From Candidatus Methanophagales archaeon (lineage in GTDB: Archaea; Halobacteriota; Syntropharchaeia; Alkanophagales; Methanospirareceae), in contig JAFNKG010000004.1 in assembly GCA_017883965.1 (NCBI GenBank), forward strand, positions 983 to 64,982: DNA of 64,000 nt, written 5' to 3'. Below are positions 8,458 through 17,304 of this stretch, piece by piece. Below the pieces are notes generated by a model. The model saw nothing but the letters and a program-made list of their open reading frames with translations. It was not told the DNA's origin and did no database searches. A program made the translations under genes and the position numbers. Position 1 is the stretch's first letter. Each line of letters opens with the position of its first letter.

Positions 8458-9951
8458 ATGAAAATCGTGATTAATCTGGTGGGACTCCTGATATTTACTT
8501 TATTAATTGTTAGTTCTGTCGATGCTTATGCGCAAGGTTTTTCAGGAGATGATTGTTATGCACACGTTGTTAATCTTTCAAAAGATATTGGGAGTAGAGT
8601 TTCTGGATCGCCCAGTAACGAGATGGCAGCGGATTATATATCGCGGACATTTATTGAATATGGCCTGAGTGTAAAAATACAAGAATTTGAGTTCAATCCT
8701 CGTTTTTCTGATGACGGTAAAGAAATTTCAAATGGGAAAAATATAACAGGAAGGAATATAATCGGAATATTGGAAGGGGATTCGAAGAGAAAAATTATAA
8801 TCGGAGCACATTATGATACGGTCCCGAATTCGCCCGGAGCAAATGATAATGCTGCCGGAGTGGGAATTCTTTTGGAAACGGCAAAATCTTTATCAAATAA
8901 ATATTTAAATCATACCCTCGTTTTTATTGCATTTGATGGCGAGGAACACGGCTTAAGAGGATCAAAGCATTATTTAGAGAATGTAGAGAATCCAGAGACC
9001 ATAGAATTTATGATAAATATAGACAGTGTTGGAAGGGGTAATATCCTTGTTCCAATGGTCTGGAATCATGAGTGTTCTCATAGAGATTTTTTTCAATCAG
9101 GATATCTTCAATCGCCTTTATGGCTTACAAGTGCGATTTACAAAGAAGCCAAAACAGAGGGATTAAGTGTTTATTCAAACATAGTTAAAGATCAGCTACA
9201 ACTTGTACTTTTTGATAAAATAAATAATCCCATCTATTCAATGGGCGATAGCGGTGTATTTCTTGAGAGTGGCATTCCTTCGGTGGGATTCGTTATGTAT
9301 AAAATCCCAAATGACTCTGATAAGTGGAGGATGAATTACGCAAACTATATTCCTGATATCCATACAAAAAATGATACATACGATAAAATTGAAGAACAAA
9401 ACTTGGAAATTGTAGGGAAAATTATCACTAATTCTATACTGGCATTAGATAAAGAACACGAAGCGGAGACACATTTCAGCAGCTATGGCGGTGGTCTTTT
9501 AGTAGGTGTCAACAAGAACCTGTTCTTAATTCCATGGTGGGTAGTATTTCTGAGTTTTAGCCTGATGCCTGTATTAATTTCAATAACCATATTCGCAAAA
9601 TCAAAATATCACTTTATAGCTATTGCACCTTCGTTCATTTCACTATCACTATTGGTTCTAATTAAAGACTCGGAACCGTTCTCAGCAATGACTACGGGGA
9701 TAAAAGCCAATCTCATTATTTTTATTATTTTCTTAATACTAATTTCTGTGATGGAGATGCGAAGGAACAAGACGACTTTTTTATTCACATGCTCTATTAT
9801 TTTATATTTAATTGGGTCAGTAATGTTCTTTGATTTCGATCCTCCGAGAAATACGCCTGCGATGAAAATATATCTAATAGTATCACTATATATCATATCC
9901 CAAGTTATTTATTCGTATTTTCGTTCGGAAAAAACCGAACGTTTTCGATAG
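8458..9951 (+). CDS. M28-family metallopeptidase fused to a polytopic membrane C-terminal domain
   Basis: GRNIIGILEG...IGAHYDTVPNSPGANDNAAGVGILLETAKSL...IAFDGEEHGLRGS, followed by about 5 hydrophobic helices (residues about 340-490). ATG 8458 is preceded by ggtga. Confidence 0.8.
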   Translation: MKIVINLVGLLIFTLLIVSSVDAYAQGFSGDDCYAHVVNLSKDIGSRVSGSPSNEMAADYISRTFIEYGLSVKIQEFEFNPRFSDDGKEISNGKNITGRNIIGILEGDSKRKIIIGAHYDTVPNSPGANDNAAGVGILLETAKSLSNKYLNHTLVFIAFDGEEHGLRGSKHYLENVENPETIEFMINIDSVGRGNILVPMVWNHECSHRDFFQSGYLQSPLWLTSAIYKEAKTEGLSVYSNIVKDQLQLVLFDKINNPIYSMGDSGVFLESGIPSVGFVMYKIPNDSDKWRMNYANYIPDIHTKNDTYDKIEEQNLEIVGKIITNSILALDKEHEAETHFSSYGGGLLVGVNKNLFLIPWWVVFLSFSLMPVLISITIFAKSKYHFIAIAPSFISLSLLVLIKDSEPFSAMTTGIKANLIIFIIFLILISVMEMRRNKTTFLFTCSIILYLIGSVMFFDFDPPRNTPAMKIYLIVSLYIISQVIYSYFRSEKTERFR

Positions 9952-10058
9952 TTTTTCAGGGGTTTAAACAATACTATTAGTGAGCGCCGAAGAGGTGCGC
10001 TAAAAAGGGAAGGGAAAAGAAGGGTTTAAAAAATTTAGGAGGTGAATGTGAACAAAAA

Positions 10059-10496
10059 ATGAAAAAGAAAATAGTAGCAGGTGCTTTTTTGGTTTTAGCT
10101 TTAGCTCTCGGCTTTGAGGCAATCGATGGACCTTCAGTAAGTGCTAAGGTCTATTCACCAAATGAAACAGAAAATGAAGATATAACTTGGATTAAGGATC
10201 AAATAGAGAAATGGAGAGAGGACCCTGAGATGCAAATTGCTGCGACTGCGATACATCGTGCAGAAAAAACAGTCGTACTCTGGGTTTACGAGCGTACGCC
10301 GGAGAACCAGCAGTTACACCATAAGATGATCAATGGTTGGAAGATCATTGTGGCTGAAGATGTCAAGCCACCATCAATATGGGGTGAAAATATGGTGGTG
10401 ATAGGAATAGTAGCATTGGGTATAGGTGTAGCGGCCGTAATTTTAATCTATAAAAAGTTCCAGAAGAGTAATCGAGAAAGCCGTAAAGAAAGATGA
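10059..10496 (+). CDS. hypothetical secreted protein with C-terminal TM anchor
   Basis: Signal-like MKKKIVAGAFLVLALALG, C-terminal VVIGIVALGIGVAAVILIY, and a strong aggaggtga RBS upstream. Confidence 0.5.
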   Translation: MKKKIVAGAFLVLALALGFEAIDGPSVSAKVYSPNETENEDITWIKDQIEKWREDPEMQIAATAIHRAEKTVVLWVYERTPENQQLHHKMINGWKIIVAEDVKPPSIWGENMVVIGIVALGIGVAAVILIYKKFQKSNRESRKER

Positions 10497-10577
10497 AAAC
10501 GAAGAACAAAAAACCACTTTTAAGGATATTGAAAGTATCAAATATATACGGAGGTACGTGAAATACTCGGGGTTTCT

Positions 10578-11228
10578 ATGATAATGATAAAAGCATTTCT
10601 TATATTTTTCATATTCCCCCTGATCGGGGTCTTAGCTATTTGCTTGGGTATATGGCATGAGAGGAAGAAAGAGGTGGAGAGAAGGGGAAGGAGGTGGAAA
10701 TATCTCATATTTTCTATAATAGGTATTCTGTCTCTCTTGGCTGGTTTCTACTTAGGAGATGAAATGCACCTTGGTTATGTAATTTTTAAAGCTACCGGGG
10801 GACTTTTAACAATATTTCCATTCGCATTGATAATTTATGCTCTTTTATTTTCTATTGGATTATATATTTCGAGGGAGCACTCACTTGGTTTCGGATTAAA
10901 GGTATTTGGCATCTCTTTTCTTTTTCTCTTCTTAGCCTTTCATGGTATAATGGCTTACGGTGCACACGAGCATTATTATGCGAAAGCCATAAGTGTTCAT
11001 AAATTGAACACACCGAGCGAATACGCAAATATAACCAAAGAAGAATTAGAGGAATATCCAGCTCTTAAAAAAGCGATAGAGAGTGCAAATAGAAGCGAAA
11101 ATAGTCGAGCGACATTAAAAGTGCATCCTGACGAATGGGGAAGAAATAGGGCTTTTCTCAGTGAAAAGGGCTCTTACAACATCAAAGTCGGCGATGAGTA
11201 TTATGAAGTTGGGTTTATATGTGCCTAA
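10578..11228 (+). CDS. hypothetical polytopic membrane protein with soluble C-terminal domain
   Basis: Four or five hydrophobic helices followed by about 90 soluble residues. No recognisable motif. Confidence 0.5.
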   Translation: MIMIKAFLIFFIFPLIGVLAICLGIWHERKKEVERRGRRWKYLIFSIIGILSLLAGFYLGDEMHLGYVIFKATGGLLTIFPFALIIYALLFSIGLYISREHSLGFGLKVFGISFLFLFLAFHGIMAYGAHEHYYAKAISVHKLNTPSEYANITKEELEEYPALKKAIESANRSENSRATLKVHPDEWGRNRAFLSEKGSYNIKVGDEYYEVGFICA

Positions 11229-11253
11229 ATGCTGATATTTTTTGGAGGATGAA

Positions 11254-11706
11254 ATGGAGAAAATGAAAATAATTCAGTTGATAGTTATACTTCTGTTAGT
11301 TGCCGCTCTGGTTATATTATTATCTCTAATAGGTGACCCATTTCGTGTGGAAGGTAGGGGAGCATCAACCTATTGGGCATGCGTTGAGACTACTTTCATT
11401 TTTGTTCTTCCTGCAGCCCCAATTATTTATGGCTATATAACAAAGGATAAAATTGGGTCTATATTAATGGGCGTGTTGCCATTTACAGGACTTTCTATTA
11501 TAACCCTGTATAAAGGTTATTTTGATTTTAGTGGCTCTGTCTATTACATGAGGTGGTTAGCCGAGGCAATTCCTTTTTGGCTTTCTTTAACCGTAGTTCC
11601 TGGTTTAGAAGGCTATTTTGCGTCAAAAAGAAAATATTTGGCAGCGTTTTGCTTATATGGGCTTTGGCTTTTTATATTTTTCTTTTTTGGTTTCAGAGGT
11701 GGTTAA
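11254..11706 (+). CDS. hypothetical polytopic membrane protein
   Basis: MEKMKIIQLIVILLLVAALVILL... with 4-5 TM helices. ATG 11254 is preceded by ggagga. Confidence 0.5.
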   Translation: MEKMKIIQLIVILLLVAALVILLSLIGDPFRVEGRGASTYWACVETTFIFVLPAAPIIYGYITKDKIGSILMGVLPFTGLSIITLYKGYFDFSGSVYYMRWLAEAIPFWLSLTVVPGLEGYFASKRKYLAAFCLYGLWLFIFFFFGFRGG

Positions 11707-11710
11707 TATA

Positions 11711-11750
11711 ACTACGAACCAATTCGTAGCTATCGAAAACCATATAGTCT
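11711..11750 (+). promoter_or_regulatory. conserved promoter motif, copy 3
   Basis: actacgaaccaattcgtagctatcgaaaaccatatagtct. Half-sites CTACGAA / TTCGTAG / TATCGAA, in the same orientation as copies 1 and 2. Confidence 0.45.
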
Positions 11751-11800
11751 CTTATCATATATTATCACATATACATAAAAATAAAAAGGGGGTGATATAG

Positions 11801-11966
11801 CTTGACTTTGTCATATTTAAAATTTACCGCCGAGAACGCTGAGTTCACAGAGAAAATAAGGGGTTAGGGGTTAGTTGTCAGGTATTAGTAACCCTAAAAC
11901 CTGAACCTCTAAACCTACATCCTCTGCGTTCTCCGTGAACTCTGCGGTTAATCTGGCAATGTCAAG
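11801..11966. repeat. long imperfect palindromic element, copy A (MITE-like or structured-RNA-like)
   Basis: Outer arms cttgactttgtca / tggcaatgtcaag. Inner arms ttaccgccgagaacgctgagttcacagagaa / ctctgcgttctccgtgaactctgcggttaa. Core ggggttaggggttag faces taaccctaaaacctgaacctctaaaccta. Related to the element at 60203-60289. Confidence 0.55.
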
Positions 11967-11975
11967 ATAGAATAG

Positions 11976-12734
11976 ATGGTGGAAAACAGGAAATTATATG
12001 GTTTAGTAGCGATATTGGCTGTATGCCTGGCTATTGCAGGCAGTTTATATATCAATTCCGGGGTAATTGCGGTGAATAATAAAGGCAATACCACTATCTC
12101 CGTTTCTGGAAGCGGAATTATAGAAGTAGAGCCGAATCAGGCGACGGTATACCTGGGTGTGGAAACGCAATCGGAGAATGTAACGGAAGCTTTGGAGGAG
12201 AATTCTTTAAAGATGGAGGTTGTAATCGAAGCGATGGAAAAGCTTGGAATTTCAAAAGATAGCATAGAAACGAGTTATTTTAACATCTATCCGGTTATAG
12301 ATTACGAAACAAAAGGTGAAGAAATCGTGGGGTATAGAGTAAATAATGAAATAACAGTTGAACTTACCGATTTAGGTGAGATAGGCGAAGTTATTGAAGA
12401 AGCGATAAACGCAGGTGCTAACAAAGTGAGAAGGATAGAATTTGGGTTAACTGAGGATAAAGAGAAAGCATTGAGGAACGAAGCAATAAAAGAGGCTTGC
12501 GAAGATGCGAAATCAAAAGCTGATGCCATAGCCAGTGGTTTTGGTCTTGCGATTATAAAGGTATCTGCGATAAGGGAGAGTGGTGTGTATGTGGAACCAT
12601 ATTGGTCAAGAGGATTTGAGTATGCAATTCCGATTCCAGCTCCAACTCCAGCTCTAATGGAAATACCCCCTCCGATCGAGCCAAAAGAGGTGAAAGTCAG
12701 CGCTACAATTGATGTCGTCTATGAATGTAAGTGA
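11976..12734 (+). CDS. SIMPL (DUF541) domain protein, secreted
   Basis: N-terminal TM/signal, then ISVSGSGIIEVEPNQATVYLGVETQSENVTEALEENS...GYRVNNEITVEL, typical of SIMPL / 26-kDa periplasmic immunogenic protein. Confidence 0.7.
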   Translation: MVENRKLYGLVAILAVCLAIAGSLYINSGVIAVNNKGNTTISVSGSGIIEVEPNQATVYLGVETQSENVTEALEENSLKMEVVIEAMEKLGISKDSIETSYFNIYPVIDYETKGEEIVGYRVNNEITVELTDLGEIGEVIEEAINAGANKVRRIEFGLTEDKEKALRNEAIKEACEDAKSKADAIASGFGLAIIKVSAIRESGVYVEPYWSRGFEYAIPIPAPTPALMEIPPPIEPKEVKVSATIDVVYECK

Positions 12735-12799
12735 AGAGATGAGAGATGAATTCCTTTTCGTTCATTCAACTCGTATCCAAAAAGAAGGGGGTTACACGG

Positions 12800-13615
12800 T
12801 TAGCTTTTATCAAATTCCTTACGCAATCTTTCTACGGCTTCGTCAACGGTTAAAGGCACCGAATTTATTCCAAGTCTTATTCCGAGTTCCACAAGTGGTG
12901 GGATGTCAAGACTATTATTTTTCAGCAATTCAAGATCGGTCAGGATGTCTCTGGTAGAACCCTCTGCCATAACGCTCTTGTTAAGAAGATAAACACGATC
13001 TGCTATTAAGGGAACAGTTGTGAGGTCGTGTGCCGTCACCACGATTGTAACTCCTTCTTCATTCAATCCGTTCAGATGTTTTATCATTGACTGCTTGGTT
13101 TCTATGTCAACCGAAGAGAAAGGCTCGTCTAAGAGAAGAACTTCTGGTTTTAGTGCTAAAACGCTTCCGAATGCAGCTCTCTGTTTTTGACCCTCGCTCA
13201 GCCTGAATGGCGGCTTGTTCAGATAAGACTTCAAGTCTAAAAGTTGCGAGATGTCCTCAAGTGTCTTATCGAACTCTTCTTTCGGGATTTGAAGTTGTGC
13301 GGGTCCAAACTCCAGGTCTTCCCTTACCGTTGGATTGAATAAAACGTCGTCAGAATTTTGAAGCAGTACACCCACACGCCTCCTTATTTCGTAGTGGTCT
13401 ATTGATTCGTTCGCAAAGAACTTGACATATCCTTCAGTGGGCTCTATCAAACCTCCGAGGAGTTCTAAAAGGGTGCTCTTCCCGGAGCCATTAGGACCGA
13501 TAATCGCAACCTTCTCGCCTCTACACAGCTCTAAATCCACTTTTTCTATGCCCACAGTCCCATCTGGATACCGATATTTTACCTTCCTCGCTTCTATAAC
13601 CTTGTCACGAGCCAT
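12800..13615 (-). CDS. cbiO: ECF/cobalt transporter ATP-binding protein
   Basis: GPNGSGKSTLL, LSEGQKQR, LLLDEP; sits in a cbiMNQO-type operon. Confidence 0.85.
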   Translation of the reverse strand: MARDKVIEARKVKYRYPDGTVGIEKVDLELCRGEKVAIIGPNGSGKSTLLELLGGLIEPTEGYVKFFANESIDHYEIRRRVGVLLQNSDDVLFNPTVREDLEFGPAQLQIPKEEFDKTLEDISQLLDLKSYLNKPPFRLSEGQKQRAAFGSVLALKPEVLLLDEPFSSVDIETKQSMIKHLNGLNEEGVTIVVTAHDLTTVPLIADRVYLLNKSVMAEGSTRDILTDLELLKNNSLDIPPLVELGIRLGINSVPLTVDEAVERLRKEFDKS

Positions 13616-14397
13616 ATTCCTACCATCACCCCCACAAGCACTATAAAGACTACACTTTTAGCCCCTATTTTATAATCTTGAGGATACGTTCTGAACGTTC
13701 CATCATATCCTCGTGCCTTCATCGCCTTATAAACGTTCTCACCACGAGAAAAAGTCCGTGATAAGAAGTTCCCAACTACTTTACCACCATCATTCCATTT
13801 CTTGAGCAGCTTTTGCTCAGAAACTATCCTGCATTCTCTCCCCAAAAGCATTCTGTGTAATTCAGATAGGAAAGAGAAGAGATAGCGATATACAAGTCCG
13901 AACATATCCACCAGCGGGTCCGGAATTTTCAGCGACCTCAACGTATGAAGCAAATCCGATACCCTGGTAGTGAATAGCAGAAGAGAAATACATGATACAC
14001 ATGCCGTCACCCGGAGCGTGAATGTTATCACATACATGATGCCAGGCATTGTGGCGTTAAGTCCGACGAGTGAGAGAACTGGCTGACCGGGCATCAAAAA
14101 AATCCACGGGAGAACGATGATGAAAGCAAACGTTGGGATGAAACCAAACCTCGGAAGATATATTTTCAACGATACATTTGAGAGTAAAACCATCGCAAGC
14201 GAGAACAAAAAAAGAAAAAGAAGGAAAAAAATGTTTTGTGTCGAAACCGCCAGCACAATCAGCAGGAATATCCCTATTAGTTTTATTCTCTGGTCTACAC
14301 CCTGGAGGAACCCCGCTTTATATGCATATTCCTCCGCAATCAGGAAATCCCTGAGCAGTTTCGAGATTACTTTTATTGTGCCAGCGAGTTCGACCAT
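13594..14397 (-). CDS. cbiQ: ECF/cobalt transporter transmembrane (T) component
   Basis: Polytopic protein with the ...MKARGY... signature region of CbiQ/EcfT; position in the operon. Confidence 0.8.
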   Translation of the reverse strand: MVELAGTIKVISKLLRDFLIAEEYAYKAGFLQGVDQRIKLIGIFLLIVLAVSTQNIFFLLFLFLFSLAMVLLSNVSLKIYLPRFGFIPTFAFIIVLPWIFLMPGQPVLSLVGLNATMPGIMYVITFTLRVTACVSCISLLLFTTRVSDLLHTLRSLKIPDPLVDMFGLVYRYLFSFLSELHRMLLGRECRIVSEQKLLKKWNDGGKVVGNFLSRTFSRGENVYKAMKARGYDGTFRTYPQDYKIGAKSVVFIVLVGVMVGIWLVTRL

Positions 14398-14703
14398 TTA
14401 CTTTCCTCCGAGCGCTTTGCCTATCACCATGCACAGACCCAAAACGATGAGACAGCCAACTATGCCCGCTACTATCGTTGAGGCATAAGGATTAGCTCCT
14501 GGGATCGTGTAATCAGGAATTATCCCTGATATTATTGCATATTCGTGTTCCATCGCCCCCAAATGTTCAGCAGCGTTTTCAAGCGGTTCCGCATATCCTA
14601 CAACTTCCGATGCCCACGCAAAAAATGGCGATACCAATATCATCACCGAGATAACTATGAGCACGCTCCTCCATTTCCGCAGCCCTTCTTTTAACGATTC
14701 CAT
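14398..14703 (-). CDS. CbiN-like / PDGLE-domain small membrane component of the Co/Ni uptake system
   Basis: 101 aa with two TM helices flanking YAEPLENAAEH (PDGLE-like), located between cbiM and cbiQ. Confidence 0.6.
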   Translation of the reverse strand: MESLKEGLRKWRSVLIVISVMILVSPFFAWASEVVGYAEPLENAAEHLGAMEHEYAIISGIIPDYTIPGANPYASTIVAGIVGCLIVLGLCMVIGKALGGK

Positions 14704-14705
14704 GC

Positions 14706-15341
14706 TTATGCCACCACCTCCTTTGGTACGGGGATAAGGTCTGGTTGTCTATCCAAGACGAATTTGATAGCCAGCATGCTGATGATTCCCTCGATTATCC
14801 CCAGAGCGCCGTGCCAGATGCCCATCACGGATACAGTGGTTACGAACCCGTATGCGAAGACCGAAGAAACTCCTAACACGACTCCCGTAGCGGTTGCACC
14901 AAGCCAAATCCCGATCCATCCTGCCAAAAATAGTGACACATCCAAGTTGCGCTGCCTTAGTGCTGTGAAGATCCAGTAGCCGACAAATACATCCACTATC
15001 GCCATGCTGAAAATGTTTGCACCAAGCGCAGTAATCCCTCCATCTCCAAACACCAAGCACTGAATGGTCAGGACTGAAACCATAGATAAGCAACCAGCAT
15101 AGGGTCCGAGCAGTATTCCTGCAATCGCTCCTCCAACGAAATGCGCGCTTGTCCCTCCAGGAATTGGCCAATTTAGCATCTGTGCAGCGAAAATACCTGC
15201 TGCTACCATACCGATCAACGGGACTTGTGGACCCTCCAGCTTCCCTTTCAGTTTCCTAGCTGAATATACAATCACTACCGCTGAGATGATATACATCACA
15301 GCGCATATCCAGAGGTCCATAAATCCATCGGGTATATGCAT
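14706..15341 (-). CDS. cbiM: cobalt/nickel ECF transporter substrate-capture component
   Basis: MHIPDGFMD... N-terminus (metal-binding His2) with 6-7 TM helices. Confidence 0.85.
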   Translation of the reverse strand: MHIPDGFMDLWICAVMYIISAVVIVYSARKLKGKLEGPQVPLIGMVAAGIFAAQMLNWPIPGGTSAHFVGGAIAGILLGPYAGCLSMVSVLTIQCLVFGDGGITALGANIFSMAIVDVFVGYWIFTALRQRNLDVSLFLAGWIGIWLGATATGVVLGVSSVFAYGFVTTVSVMGIWHGALGIIEGIISMLAIKFVLDRQPDLIPVPKEVVA

Positions 15342-15543
15342 TTATCCCTCACCTCTCTCTTTGTTCGTCTTTCTTTCCATCTTCTTCGTCCACCTTTTTT
15401 AATACTTTTGGTTACAAATCAAATATTTTTTGTGCTATAAAAGTTTTTCGGTTTTATCTTTTTTGCTAATATTTAAATATTATGTGCACTTCATTCCAGA
15501 AGAACATAAAAGTTTATTTCTTAGCGCAGCTCATTCTTAAAAT

Positions 15544-17244
15544 GTGGAGAATCTGCGGAGGACAATGGAAGAGATAAGGGCTGAGATAAGGAAATATGCG
15601 TTGCAGAATGCGGTGAGGCATGAGAAATCGCCTAAGGTGGATGCGGTGCTGAAGAAAATTCTCGGTGAACATCCGGAGTTGAGAAAAGATGCGAAACGTC
15701 TCTCAACATTGGTGAAAGAGGAGATAAAGAGTATAGAATCAATGAGCAAGGAAGAGCGAGTGGGAGAATTGGCTAAAATAGCTCCGGAGTTAATAGAAGA
15801 GCTAAAAGAGAAAGAAAAACGTGAATTTGGACTGCCCGAACTGCGTCTTGCGGAAGGCGAAAAAGTGGTGATGCGTTTCGCTCCTAATCCAAACGGCGCT
15901 GCGACGCTTGGCAGTGCTCGTGGCATAATTGTCAACTCGGAGTATGCAAAAATGTATGGCGGGAAATTCATTCTGCGGTTTGATGACACAGACCCGGTAT
16001 TGAAGAGACCCCTGTTAGAGGCTTATGACTGGTATCTTGAGGATTGCGCCTGGCTGGACGCCGAACCAGATGATGTAAAAGTGGCATCGGAACGTGTGTA
16101 TTTGTATTACAAATATGCGGAAGAGCTGATAAAAAAGGGTGCGGCGTATGTCTGTTTTTGCCCTGCGGAGACTTTTAAACAGTATAAAGAGCACAAGAGG
16201 CCATGTCCTCATAGAACGGTGAACGTTGAAGAGAATATGGACTGCTGGGAAAAGATGTTAAAAGGCGTTTATGAAGAGAAAGAGGCGGTTCTAAGGATAA
16301 AAACAGACATGGCAAGTGCAGATCCCGCGTTACGCGATTGGGTCGCATTCAGAGTTTTAAAAAGAGAGCATCCGCGGGTAGGTGGGAAATACGTGGTATG
16401 GCCAACTCTGGATTTTGAATCTGCGATAGAAGACCACTTGCTCGGCATAACGCACATAATACGGGGAAAAGACCTGATGAAATCGGAAAAGCGACAGCGG
16501 TTTTTATACGACCATCTCGGCTGGAAATATCCGATAACAATGCTCTGGGGGAAGATAAAAATGCAAGAGTTCGGTAAATTCAGCACTTCCGAGCTAAGAA
16601 AAAAGATAGAAAGCGGTGAATACGAAGGATGGGACGACCCGAGACTTCCAACGCTAAAGGCGCTTCGTAGAAGAGGTTTTCAGCCAGAAGCGATTCGTAA
16701 GTTCTTTATCTCTACCGGCGTCACTCAAACTGACATCGCGGTAAGCATGAAGAATTTGTATGCGGAGAACAGGAAGATGGTGGATGCGACGGCAATGCGA
16801 TACTTTTTTGTGCGCAATCCAATAGAAATGAAACGTGAGGGGGCGAAATATTTTGTGGCAAAGGCATTGAAGCATCCTTCACGTGAGGATTACCGTGAGA
16901 TAAGAACTGGCGATACTGTTTACATAAGTAGTAATGATTTCGCAAAAATGAAAGAGGGGCAGAAAATAAGACTGAAATATCTTTGCACTGTGGAGATAGA
17001 GAGTATTAAGCCATTAGTGGCAAAGATTATAGATGCACAATCAACAACAGACATGCCTGTTATCCAATGGGCTCCCACTAACGGGATAAATGTTACGGTA
17101 AAAAGACCTGATGGAACAGATGAAGGCATAGGCGAGCCTTTGATTGCTTCAGAACTCGGTAATGTGGTTCAGTTCGAAAGATACGGGTTCGTCAGGATTG
17201 ATTCGGTTGTGGAAAAAGAAGTAGTGGCGTATTTCACACATTAA
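15544..17244 (+). CDS. gltX: glutamate--tRNA ligase (archaeal type)
   Basis: VVMRFAPNPNGAATLGSARG (HIGH-type), KFSTS (KMSKS-type), and archaeal GluRS length. GTG 15544 or ATG 15565 could be the start. Confidence 0.9.
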   Translation: MENLRRTMEEIRAEIRKYALQNAVRHEKSPKVDAVLKKILGEHPELRKDAKRLSTLVKEEIKSIESMSKEERVGELAKIAPELIEELKEKEKREFGLPELRLAEGEKVVMRFAPNPNGAATLGSARGIIVNSEYAKMYGGKFILRFDDTDPVLKRPLLEAYDWYLEDCAWLDAEPDDVKVASERVYLYYKYAEELIKKGAAYVCFCPAETFKQYKEHKRPCPHRTVNVEENMDCWEKMLKGVYEEKEAVLRIKTDMASADPALRDWVAFRVLKREHPRVGGKYVVWPTLDFESAIEDHLLGITHIIRGKDLMKSEKRQRFLYDHLGWKYPITMLWGKIKMQEFGKFSTSELRKKIESGEYEGWDDPRLPTLKALRRRGFQPEAIRKFFISTGVTQTDIAVSMKNLYAENRKMVDATAMRYFFVRNPIEMKREGAKYFVAKALKHPSREDYREIRTGDTVYISSNDFAKMKEGQKIRLKYLCTVEIESIKPLVAKIIDAQSTTDMPVIQWAPTNGINVTVKRPDGTDEGIGEPLIASELGNVVQFERYGFVRIDSVVEKEVVAYFTH

Positions 17245-17304
17245 ACCTTATAGAACTTTTCTTTTCCGTAAACGCTTTTCTTTTTCTAAAAGAAAAGGGT
17301 TTAA

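Noticed and set aside
11858-11875. Telomere-like (GGGGTTA)2 here and ttggggttgggg (complement of 51119-51130)
   Set aside because: There are only two units each, embedded in a palindromic element and in a coding insert respectively. There is no tandem array, and the context is not a linear replicon end.
14749-15171. 140-aa and 71-aa ORFs overlapping cbiM
   Set aside because: They are alternative frames of a gene with unmistakable CbiM features (MHIPDGF...). Their translations are Arg/Cys/Trp-rich, which is typical of off-frame reads.
15342-15543. Possible cobalamin or Ni/Co riboswitch upstream of cbiM
   Set aside because: I could not find a B12-box-like element or any convincing conserved stem architecture. 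The region looks like an AT-rich divergent promoter. Not supportable by eye.
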